In this document: piece after piece, positions 20,063-28,027 of the stretch
How the letters are laid out: each line of letters starts with the position of its first letter
How positions within the stretch are numbered: the first letter of the stretch is position 1
Assembly: GCA_943789165.1 (NCBI GenBank)
Contig: CALSTB010000003.1
Span: 391,454-455,453, forward strand
DNA length: 64,000 nucleotides
Direction of reading: 5' to 3'
Source: an uncultured Bacteroidia bacterium
GTDB lineage: Bacteria; Bacteroidota; Bacteroidia; NS11-12g; UBA9320
Notes under the pieces: model-generated
What the model was told of the DNA's origin: nothing
Databases searched by the model: none
Seen by the model: the letters and a program-made list of their open reading frames with translations, nothing else
Program-made: the position numbers and the translations under genes

Positions 20063-20070
20063 CAAAGGTA
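20063..20070 (-). promoter_or_regulatory. -7 promoter box (TACCTTTG) positioned to start transcription at the structured element
   Basis: The reverse complement of caaaggta is an exact TAnnTTTG match. Its last G lies 4 nt from the first paired base (20058). Confidence 0.4.
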
Positions 20071-20104
20071 CAGTAAATCTGATTTCTTCCCCATTAAATT
20101 CATA

Positions 20105-20112
20105 TATTTTTG
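20105..20112 (+). promoter_or_regulatory. -7 promoter box (TATTTTTG) upstream of the glycosyltransferase gene
   Basis: TAnnTTTG match 11 nt before the ATG at 20124. It lies downstream of the structured element, which argues against that element being this gene's 5' leader. Confidence 0.35.
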
Positions 20113-20123
20113 CTGATGATTTT

Positions 20124-21125
20124 ATGCACGACCTAAGAGGTAAACATTCCATTATTAGCATCATCCTTCCATTTAAAAATGAGGAAGATTATTTAGGTGA
20201 ATGTGTTGATTCCATTTTAAATCAAACCTATCCGTATTGGGAGCTTTTATTGGTGGATGACCACAGCAGCGATAGAAGTTCAGCTATGGCTGCAGATTAC
20301 GCTCAAAACGACGCTCGGATACGCTATTTTTTGAATCCCAATCAGGGTGTAATCGAAGCAATGAAACATGGGTACGCCCAATCTACTGGGTCTCTCATTA
20401 CGCGCATGGATGGTGACGACGTCAAAACACCCGACAACTTAGAACAGCTTCTTTCAAAGGTTGCGCCTGGAGTTCTCGCAGTTGGTAAAGTGAGATACTT
20501 CCGCAAAGATGGATTGGGACTTGGATATGAAAAATATGAAAAATGGGTGAACCAGTTGACCGAAACTGATGATAACTTCAGCGAAGTGTATAAAGAATGC
20601 GTTATTCCATCACCTGCTTGGTTGGTTTACCGAAAAGACTTTGAATCTGCAGGTTGTTTTGATTCCGATTTATACCCAGAAGATTACGATTTATGCTTTC
20701 GGTTTTACAAAGCCGGGCTGCAAACCAAGGGCACAAGTGGGGTGGTTCATTTATGGCGCGATCACGAAATTCGGACGACAAGGACTTCCCCTCATTACGC
20801 CGACAATCGGTTTATGGCGTTAAAGCTGCATTATTTTAAAGAGATTGATTTCGATTCATCAAAATCACTTGTGGTTTGGGGTGCAGGCAAAAAAGGAAAA
20901 CAAGTTGCCAGTTATTGGTCTTCTGAAGGTGTACCTTTTTCCTGGATTACCGGTAATCCCAAAAAAATAGGTCATAACATTTATGGAACTGTTTTAGAGA
21001 ATAGCCTTGGTTTTCCTTTAACTGAAAAACATCAAATCATTATTACCGTGGCTGATCTAGATGGACAAAAAGACATTGCACATCAATTAAAAGACTCGAC
21101 GAGTTCGGTATTTTGGTTTTGTTAA
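20124..21125 (+). CDS. Glycosyltransferase family 2 protein
   Basis: ISIILPFKNEEDYLGECVDSILNQTY..ELLLVDDHSSDRS and DGDD are GT-A/GT2 hallmarks. The C-terminal part carries VVWGAGKKGK (Rossmann-like). Confidence 0.8.
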   Translation: MHDLRGKHSIISIILPFKNEEDYLGECVDSILNQTYPYWELLLVDDHSSDRSSAMAADYAQNDARIRYFLNPNQGVIEAMKHGYAQSTGSLITRMDGDDVKTPDNLEQLLSKVAPGVLAVGKVRYFRKDGLGLGYEKYEKWVNQLTETDDNFSEVYKECVIPSPAWLVYRKDFESAGCFDSDLYPEDYDLCFRFYKAGLQTKGTSGVVHLWRDHEIRTTRTSPHYADNRFMALKLHYFKEIDFDSSKSLVVWGAGKKGKQVASYWSSEGVPFSWITGNPKKIGHNIYGTVLENSLGFPLTEKHQIIITVADLDGQKDIAHQLKDSTSSVFWFC

Positions 21126-22348
21126 GCCAGTTCGAAAACAGTGATTTCTGGCCAAATGCCAAGTCTACCTGGGAAGCCCAAGTAGCCAAAGCCTCTGTTT
21201 ACGTATAACTGTTGATGTCCTTCTTTATAAATGCCTGCCCATTCGGGATACACATATTTCACTGGACTCCATTTCCAACCACCGGTTTCAACACCAAATT
21301 GCATTCCATGGGTGTGACCACTAAACATAGCATCCACCTGAGGATACTCTTTCAACACTTCTGATCTCCAATGACTAGGGTCGTGTGATAACAATAAAGT
21401 TGGTATGTCTTTATCGACACCTGTAATTGCCTTGTTCAAATCTCCGTAACGTTTGAAGTGCATTTTATCACCCCAATTCTCTATTCCAACTACCGCCAAT
21501 TGAGCTCCATCTTTTTCTATCATTTGGTGCTCGTTCATTAACAAACGCCACCCTAACTTATCATGTACTTCTTGAATTTTGGCGATATTCTTTGGCAAGT
21601 GCTCTGGTCTAAAATCTGGTACATATTCGCCGTAGTCGTGGTTTCCCATGGTGGCGTAAACCCCAAGAGGTGCTGTAATTTGAGCAAAGGCATCAATGTA
21701 GTCATCCATTTCACTTGCGTCGTTGTTCACAATATCACCTGTGAAGAAAACCATATCGGCCTCTTGCGCTTTTACCAATTCAATTCCTTTTTGTACCGCT
21801 TCTTTACTCCAAAAACTACCACTATGAATATCACTAATCTGAAGTAGTTTGAGGCCTTTAAATTGCTCCGGTAGGTTGGGTATAGTCAGTGTATGGTTGA
21901 TCACTTGGTAGTTGTGCGAACCTCTTATTACTCCGTATGACAGCGCTGCACCAAAGCCCGTCGCAATAAAGGCCCCTGATTTCATTAGGAAAGACTTCCG
22001 TGAAATGCCAGATGTTTGACCAGTATTAGCCGTGAAAAAAGAAGCAATCCATTGAAATAATCGGACGATATCATCCAAAGCCACAAACACACCCCAAATC
22101 AATTGAATGACGAAAAAGATGAAAAAATAACTCAAGGCCACCTTTGTCCAAAAAGCCATTGGATTTACCCTAAAGTGTGAAACTGTATAGGCAAACGCGG
22201 CATACCCCAATCCAACCAAGAACCAGTAGCCAATTTTTAATAATAATGCGGTTTTACCTTCAAAACTTTGTATGACAATTTTATATCCTTGAAATACATA
22301 GAGGTTCAATAAAAAGACAATACCTAAAAAAATTGCGAAGCGTTTCAT
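21122..22348 (-). CDS. Membrane-anchored metallophosphoesterase
   Basis: N-terminal TM helices, then ISDIHSG, FTGDIVNN, GNHDYG and SGHTHG. Confidence 0.8.
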   Translation of the reverse strand: MKRFAIFLGIVFLLNLYVFQGYKIVIQSFEGKTALLLKIGYWFLVGLGYAAFAYTVSHFRVNPMAFWTKVALSYFFIFFVIQLIWGVFVALDDIVRLFQWIASFFTANTGQTSGISRKSFLMKSGAFIATGFGAALSYGVIRGSHNYQVINHTLTIPNLPEQFKGLKLLQISDIHSGSFWSKEAVQKGIELVKAQEADMVFFTGDIVNNDASEMDDYIDAFAQITAPLGVYATMGNHDYGEYVPDFRPEHLPKNIAKIQEVHDKLGWRLLMNEHQMIEKDGAQLAVVGIENWGDKMHFKRYGDLNKAITGVDKDIPTLLLSHDPSHWRSEVLKEYPQVDAMFSGHTHGMQFGVETGGWKWSPVKYVYPEWAGIYKEGHQQLYVNRGFGYLGFPGRLGIWPEITVFELA

Positions 22349-22497
22349 ACATCAGACTGTTCTGTGCTTTGCAAAGAACAATGCAAAGAAGACAATTTGC
22401 TGGGGGTTTTGTTTCATTTTTTATCGATTAAACCTATGAATCGGACACTTTCGCAATTTTGGTAAAACAACTTGACCGTTTTAATTGTCTATACATG

Positions 22498-22505
22498 TAA
22501 TTTTG
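22498..22505 (+). promoter_or_regulatory. -7 promoter box (TAATTTTG) ending 4 nt before the marR-like ATG
   Basis: Exact TAnnTTTG match with a TTG ~20 nt upstream (cttgaccg). Confidence 0.35.
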
Positions 22506-22509
22506 TATT

Positions 22510-22977
22510 ATGTCTCTCGAAGAAGAAATTAAGCAGGAGAAGTTTAGCTCGGAATATCATAAACTGACTATAAATATTGCCTTCACCAATAGTTATTTGA
22601 CCAATTTGTTGAACAACTATTTAAAACCTTATGAATTGTCAATGCAACAATATAATGTGTTGCGGATACTACGTGGACAGCACCCCAGCCCAGTGTCTAT
22701 CAATAGTATCACTGATCGAATGATAGATAAAATGAGTAACGCATCACGTTTGGTAGAAAAGTTGCGTAAGAAAGATATGATACAACGCGAAACCTGCAGT
22801 GCCGATAAACGTCAGGTAGATGTGTGCATCACGACCAAGGGGCTAACTGCTTTAACAGAAATTGACACATTGATGGCAGGGTTTGAACGACAATTTGAAC
22901 ACATAGACGTTAAAAAAGTAGCTCAAGCAAATAAAGTATTAGACGATTTACGTATAAAAAAGAATATTAATGACTAA
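22510..22977 (+). CDS. MarR family transcriptional regulator
   Basis: Winged-helix core: LSMQQYNVLRILRG...SINSITDRMIDKMSNASRLVEKLRKKDMIQRE....DKRQVDV.IT.KG. Confidence 0.8.
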   Translation: MSLEEEIKQEKFSSEYHKLTINIAFTNSYLTNLLNNYLKPYELSMQQYNVLRILRGQHPSPVSINSITDRMIDKMSNASRLVEKLRKKDMIQRETCSADKRQVDVCITTKGLTALTEIDTLMAGFERQFEHIDVKKVAQANKVLDDLRIKKNIND

Positions 22978-23569
22978 AAAAATTAAAACAAGCGTATTAG
23001 TAACCTTAGTTGGGTTAACACTTTTCAGTTTCACAACCGCAATCACAGGAGTTGATTTTACAGTTCTAACCAGCAAAAGTTCAGTGAAGTGGACTGGGTA
23101 TAAACCTGGAGGGCAACATCAAGGAACGGTTGATATTAAAAGTGGGTCCTTCAACTTAGACGGCGATGTGATACAATCAGGTACTGTGGTAATCGACATG
23201 ACCAGTTTAAAAGTTACTGATTCTGAAAGCTCGAAGTTGTACAACCACCTTAGAGGAGAAGATTTTTTCAATGTAGCTAAACACAAAACGAGCACATTGG
23301 TTATAAAAAGTAGTAAATCGGTTAGCGTTGATACCAGTGGTAAACATACCTTGGAAGTAACTGGAGACCTTACCATATTGGGTAAAACTCAACCCATCAC
23401 CTTTAAAGCGAGCAATACTGCCAAGACAGATAACTACATGTTTTATTACACCAAATTAACGATTGATAGAACCAAATATGGTATCACCTATAAATCTAGC
23501 ATGTTGGGAGACGCAATGATTAACGACGATTTCGACTTAGCGATAAAAATTATTGCCAAAAAGAATTAA
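22970..23569 (+). CDS. YceI family protein
   Basis: Signal peptide, then S.V.W.G.K....H.G.V......F..., HL...DFF and TI.R..YGI are typical of YceI-like lipid/polyisoprenoid-binding proteins. Overlaps the marR-like gene by 8 nt. Confidence 0.75.
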   Translation: MTKKIKTSVLVTLVGLTLFSFTTAITGVDFTVLTSKSSVKWTGYKPGGQHQGTVDIKSGSFNLDGDVIQSGTVVIDMTSLKVTDSESSKLYNHLRGEDFFNVAKHKTSTLVIKSSKSVSVDTSGKHTLEVTGDLTILGKTQPITFKASNTAKTDNYMFYYTKLTIDRTKYGITYKSSMLGDAMINDDFDLAIKIIAKKN

Positions 23570-23589
23570 GGGTACATTTAAAACTGTGA

Positions 23590-23616
23590 AGGCCTCTTAT
23601 GAGGCCTTTTTTTTTG
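23590..23616. terminator. Bidirectional intrinsic terminator between convergent genes
   Basis: aggcctc-ttat-gaggcct followed by T9. Confidence 0.7.
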
Positions 23617-23657
23617 TTTAAATCTGGCTGATTGACCTTTGCAAGGTGGTGTTTGGA

Positions 23658-25574
23658 TTAACTCTTGATCCCTAATATCGCTTCAATACTGTTGGAGGAT
23701 ACGGAATGATATCCTGGCTTTGCAATTTCGTAAACACGCTTTGCCCAAGCCTTTCCTTCTTCGGTTTTAACCAACTCTTTATACAAAGGACTTAAAAATT
23801 TCCGTCTACCAACAGACGTTAAGAATCTTTCCATGCTTGGATATGCAGGTTGATAATCGACATCTATACAGTGTTGAAACCAATCACATAAAATCTCGTT
23901 ATTCCCGCTATTTGATAAGTCGTACGCATTGTCCAACTCCGCTATTTGGTTGATGTCCATTTTGTGTCTTAGGCCTCGTAAAAAATATAGCCAATGGTGA
24001 GTAGTCCAGTTTTTAGTTTTCAAACGGGTCGCTTTATCTCCGTTCATATACCTTACAGCCTCAACCTCCACTTTGTCTAACTCTTCAGATTGTGGGTTAG
24101 GCGCATTATCAGGTAACCCTGGTCCGTAAATCCACGCCTTTGGCTGTATTTTGGCATAAAGACTAGAGTCTCCCTTTAATAAATGTTCATCTAAATACGC
24201 TTCGAACCTTGCTGTATTCATAGGTTTAAATGCGTTTTCTTCAAAATACTTTTTTAAGAATATGTCGAACTTATCGCGTCCTACAGCGTACTCAATGGTT
24301 TGCAAAAAGAACCTGCCTTTTTCATAGGCAATGTCTGTTAAACCGTCATCTGGGTTTCTTCCAGTTAATTCAAGATATAGGTGCGTATCCTCAACTTTAT
24401 TTTCATTGGTGAGTCGTTCAATGGTTTCTTTCAATCCTCCCATACCAAGCTTCGTCTCCATTTCTTCATAGGCCTTTCCAAACACCTTTTCCATAATCCG
24501 TTGCTCGAAATACACAGTAAAGCCTTCGTTTAACCAGAAGTCATTCCAAGTCTCGTTGGTCACCAAATTCCCCGACCACGAATGCGCCAGTTCATGTGCA
24601 ATTAAAGCGACCAAGCTTCGATCACCAGCAATAATGGTAGGTGTCGCAAACGTTAATCTCGGATTTTCCATGCCACCAAAAGGAAAGCTTGGAGGTAAAA
24701 CAACTACGTCATATTGTTCCCATACATATTTGCCATAAAGGGCTTCCGCACTATCAATCATGCTCTGCATGTCTGAGAATTCCCATGCACATTTTTCAAC
24801 CATGTTTGGCTCAGCATATACACCACAGTTCCTTCCCAGTGATTGATATTGTAAATCTCCAACCGTCAATGCTAACAAATAGGACGAGACTGGCTGATTC
24901 ATTTTAAAGTGATATACGCCATCTTCCGTTTTCTCTCTTCCATTCTCGGCGCTCATTAACGCGATTAGATTTGAATCGGTTTTAATGGTGGCACTATACG
25001 TAAATTTAACTCCTGGACTATCTTGACATGGAATCCATGTCCGAGCCAAGATTGCTTGTGACTGGCTAAACAGATATGGGTGCTTACCTCCAGCAGTTTG
25101 TTCGGGTTTTAACCACTGTAAAGCTTCTGCATTTGGTGAAGTTTTGTAAAAAATGGTGATGCTTTTCGTTTTCTTCTTAAGGTTAATCGCCAAATCTTGT
25201 CCAAAATATTCTACATCTTCCGACAGCAAATATTTGGCTTCAGACCCATCATCTAAGAGGATTTTCTCAATGTTTAATTGTCTGCTATCGAGGTGTAAAA
25301 CCTCCGCTTTCGTCTTTCTATTTAAGTCTAATCGAACGCTTCCGCTTAATACTTTCTTCGCAAAGTCTACACTTAAATCTAGGTGCATATGGTCAATTGC
25401 AATGTCGCTCGGATTACTGAAAGAGTGTGCATCCACAACGGTTCGCGCATCTGGATTTTCTGAACCCAGGTCAGAATCTTGTTGAAGCGTGGTATTGTTT
25501 TTGCAACTAGATAAAGTGCATATAAACAGTATTACAATGCTGGAAATTTTGGTAAAGGTGTTGGTGTTTATCAT
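23658..25574 (-). CDS. M1 family metallopeptidase (aminopeptidase / LTA4-hydrolase-like), lipoprotein
   Basis: GGMENP, HELAHSWSGNLVTN and WLNEGFTVY motifs, plus a leukotriene A4 hydrolase-like C-terminal domain. N-terminal lipobox LSSC. Confidence 0.88.
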   Translation of the reverse strand: MINTNTFTKISSIVILFICTLSSCKNNTTLQQDSDLGSENPDARTVVDAHSFSNPSDIAIDHMHLDLSVDFAKKVLSGSVRLDLNRKTKAEVLHLDSRQLNIEKILLDDGSEAKYLLSEDVEYFGQDLAINLKKKTKSITIFYKTSPNAEALQWLKPEQTAGGKHPYLFSQSQAILARTWIPCQDSPGVKFTYSATIKTDSNLIALMSAENGREKTEDGVYHFKMNQPVSSYLLALTVGDLQYQSLGRNCGVYAEPNMVEKCAWEFSDMQSMIDSAEALYGKYVWEQYDVVVLPPSFPFGGMENPRLTFATPTIIAGDRSLVALIAHELAHSWSGNLVTNETWNDFWLNEGFTVYFEQRIMEKVFGKAYEEMETKLGMGGLKETIERLTNENKVEDTHLYLELTGRNPDDGLTDIAYEKGRFFLQTIEYAVGRDKFDIFLKKYFEENAFKPMNTARFEAYLDEHLLKGDSSLYAKIQPKAWIYGPGLPDNAPNPQSEELDKVEVEAVRYMNGDKATRLKTKNWTTHHWLYFLRGLRHKMDINQIAELDNAYDLSNSGNNEILCDWFQHCIDVDYQPAYPSMERFLTSVGRRKFLSPLYKELVKTEEGKAWAKRVYEIAKPGYHSVSSNSIEAILGIKS

Positions 25575-25680
25575 TCTTGTCGATTACGTGGCATCAAATA
25601 TAGCAACCCAACAATAAAATGGTGTTTATAACGTTCACTCGATAACCAAAAATTTAATTATGCAAAGTGAACTTAATTTA

Positions 25681-25688
25681 TAATTTTG
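25681..25688 (+). promoter_or_regulatory. -7 promoter box (TAATTTTG)
   Basis: Exact TAnnTTTG match 16 nt before the ATG at 25705. Confidence 0.4.
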
Positions 25689-25704
25689 CACAACTTGTTA
25701 AGAA

Positions 25705-26550
25705 ATGAATCAGATATTTAAACTTAAACAGCTACATCTAAACACATGGTTAACCCGTTTCGGTTTTGTCCTTGCGTTGCTTTGTAGCATTGCTTTTATA
25801 TCAAAAGCGCAAGATGACGATTATTCGGATGATGACTATGGTGATTATTCCGATGATTACTCTGACGACTATTCCAATGATAGTAGTGATGGCTATTCCG
25901 ATGATTACTCTGAGGATGGTGGTGACTACGGTGATTATGGCGATTACGGTGACGCCTTTGGTAGTAGTTCACGTGATGAGTATGTTCCTAAAAAAATCAT
26001 TAGAAAACCTTACGTTCGGTTTGTGCCTCCTTATGACTCTACAAGAGAGTTGGTGTTGTACAAAGCAGTAGTTGATGTAAAAGACCGTGAAGGGTATGAA
26101 GTTGAAATCGATACTATCAAATTCAGAGCTAACCAATGGTTAGAGGCTGAATATGGTAAAAACCTTAAAAAATACTTGACACTGGACGGTATTAATGAAA
26201 ACGCCGGTGAGATGGAGTATAAAATTGTTGTTCATGCAACATTCCCATGTGAAATTCAACCAAACGAATTCACTACAATTAAAAATGGGAACGTTGAATA
26301 CGATATGGAAATTCGTGTTCGTGACGGCAGATATCGATACACCATTAAGAACTTGGTTCACGTTGCTGATCCAAGACCAGGTGAAAAAGAAGGTGAAAAA
26401 ACGTATTTCGAGTATTTGATGAAAAGTGAGGACGATGTACGCGCAGGTGACCGAGTTTTAATTGCTGCTGATAAGAAAATCAACACAATGATGGAGAACT
26501 TGCAAAAGACTTGTCAGACATCTCCTATCGAAGAAGAAGACGACTGGTAG
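25705..26550 (+). CDS. DUF4468-like secreted protein with an acidic D/Y/S-rich repeat region
   Basis: Signal peptide. The C-terminal two-thirds (YKIVVHATFPC...EYDMEIRVRDGRYRYTIKNLVHV) resembles DUF4468 (TBP-like fold). Confidence 0.55.
   Translation: MNQIFKLKQLHLNTWLTRFGFVLALLCSIAFISKAQDDDYSDDDYGDYSDDYSDDYSNDSSDGYSDDYSEDGGDYGDYGDYGDAFGSSSRDEYVPKKIIRKPYVRFVPPYDSTRELVLYKAVVDVKDREGYEVEIDTIKFRANQWLEAEYGKNLKKYLTLDGINENAGEMEYKIVVHATFPCEIQPNEFTTIKNGNVEYDMEIRVRDGRYRYTIKNLVHVADPRPGEKEGEKTYFEYLMKSEDDVRAGDRVLIAADKKINTMMENLQKTCQTSPIEEEDDW
25813..25953 (+). repeat. Coding low-complexity tandem repeat (DDDYSDDDYGDYSDDYSDDYSNDSSDGYSDDYSEDGGDYGDYGDYGD)
   Basis: Iterated gat-gat-tac-tcn / ggt-gat-tac units are directly visible in the DNA. 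Confidence 0.85.
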
Positions 26551-26578
26551 GACGTATAGTTCTATGAAGAATATTGAT

Positions 26579-26617
26579 AACCCTATGTCAAGAATCAATT
26601 GGCATAGGGTTTTTTTA
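26579..26617 (+). terminator. Intrinsic terminator
   Basis: aaccctatg-(15 nt)-catagggtt followed by T6. Confidence 0.6.
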
Positions 26618-26652
26618 TGCCTGAACTTTGCATCAAACAAACAATAAAGATT

Positions 26653-27123
26653 ATGAATTCAACCATTTTGGGTTTAAACAAGGAAGGCGTTGCACAAGTG
26701 GTAACTAGATTAAATGATTTGTTGTCGTCATACCAAGTATTTTATCAAAATTTACGAGGGTATCACTGGAACATCGTTGGTAAAGATTTCTTCGAGTTAC
26801 ACCTCAAGTTTGAGGAGTTTTACAACAACGCACAAATTAAGATCGATGAAATTGCAGAAAGAATCTTAACCCTAGAAGCAACTCCCTTGCACAGTTTTAA
26901 TCAGTACGAGAAACATGCCAAAGTAGCCTCCCACGAAAATGTTACAGATGGGTCTGAAGCCGTAAATCAAATAAGAATTCAGTTGGAACAGTTGGTGGTA
27001 CAACAACGAGAAACTTTGGAATTAGCTGATGAGAATAAAGACATCGCGACTTCCGATTTAATGACTCAGTACATTTCGGAGCAGGAAAAAACGATTTGGA
27101 TGTTAAAATCCTTTTTGTCCTAA
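26653..27123 (+). CDS. dps: Dps family DNA-protection / ferritin-like protein
   Basis: LNDLLSSYQVFYQNLRGYHWNIVGKDFFELHLKFEEFY carries the Dps ferroxidase-site pattern. ATG at 26653 is preferred because the upstream terminator overlaps the longer ORF. Confidence 0.88.
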   Translation: MNSTILGLNKEGVAQVVTRLNDLLSSYQVFYQNLRGYHWNIVGKDFFELHLKFEEFYNNAQIKIDEIAERILTLEATPLHSFNQYEKHAKVASHENVTDGSEAVNQIRIQLEQLVVQQRETLELADENKDIATSDLMTQYISEQEKTIWMLKSFLS

Positions 27124-27966
27124 TTACTTGTTGCGCATACGTTTGATTGTTCGCCACACAACTGGTGGCATCCAATCGTTCGCAAAGTTGACTATGCCGT
27201 TATAAACGCGCATACTTTTTTCCGTTTCAACACCTTTTCGATCTACAAACAACGTCGTGTGGTCTTCTAGACCTTCATTAATTTCGTGGGCTGGTCGACC
27301 ATTGGTGTAATAGTAAAGAGCAAGAGATCTCCTACTTCTATCTTCCGGACAGTTTAATTTATCTGGATGGCCATGGTATGAAAAGTCTGTAGTTGAAAAC
27401 ATAGCCATTCTATTGAATAGAGGTAGAATCTTTTTTTCTCCCTTGGTCATGTCTGCATTCCACAACTCGAAATGCCCGCCATATTCTTCTTTCCAATCTT
27501 TATTGAGGTACACCAACACATTTAAACGTCTATCTAACCCAGTACGTTTATGTTTATTGAAATCCGCATGTACTTTCAAGAAGCCTCCACGTTTGATTTG
27601 GTGGCATCCCCCGCCTTCGTAATATGGATCACCGAGCAAGTCTTCTATACCCGTCAACTCCGACAAAAAGTTTAAGAATGGCTCAGAATTTAGGAAGTGC
27701 ATAAACACCTTCGTTGCCTTGCCAAACCTACTTTCTCCGCGAGAAGCAAGTTTAACTTCATTAGGTGTTTTATACTGAATATCCTCTTTCCCACCCATCT
27801 CTGGAAATTCCGACAACACCTCCGTTAAAAATGCATCGTTGAAGAAATCGTCGAAATAAATATTTGGAAAAGGAGAATTGGACGAATAGGTGCTCTTATA
27901 GTGACTCGCAAGTCCCATTAATTCGTCATATTCGATGTCTAGAACTTTATATTCTCCGATATACAT
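27124..27966 (-). CDS. 2OG-Fe(II) oxygenase (prolyl-4-hydroxylase-like superfamily)
   Basis: HxD...H triad context: FLKVHADFN ... NRMAMFSTTDFSYHGH ... RRSLALYYY. Confidence 0.7.
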   Translation of the reverse strand: MYIGEYKVLDIEYDELMGLASHYKSTYSSNSPFPNIYFDDFFNDAFLTEVLSEFPEMGGKEDIQYKTPNEVKLASRGESRFGKATKVFMHFLNSEPFLNFLSELTGIEDLLGDPYYEGGGCHQIKRGGFLKVHADFNKHKRTGLDRRLNVLVYLNKDWKEEYGGHFELWNADMTKGEKKILPLFNRMAMFSTTDFSYHGHPDKLNCPEDRSRRSLALYYYTNGRPAHEINEGLEDHTTLFVDRKGVETEKSMRVYNGIVNFANDWMPPVVWRTIKRMRNK

Positions 27967-28027
27967 ACATTCGCTTTAAGGTGTAAAAAAAAGAAATATT
28001 TTTGTGACAACAAAGACACGCACGAAT

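Noticed and set aside
22349-22509. 10-bp perfect palindrome ctttgcaaag and the tgcaaagaa direct repeat upstream of the marR-like gene, as a possible MarR operator
   Set aside because: It lies more than 110 nt from the marR-like start, immediately next to the start of the divergent phosphoesterase gene. A single short palindrome in AT-rich DNA is weak evidence, so it is not called as a feature.
25766-26071. 101-aa alternative-frame ORF across the acidic repeat (MTIIRMMTMVIIPMITLTTIPMIV...)
   Set aside because: It is a frame-shifted reading of the gat/tac tandem repeat. The in-frame DUF4468-like protein, with its signal peptide, explains the region.
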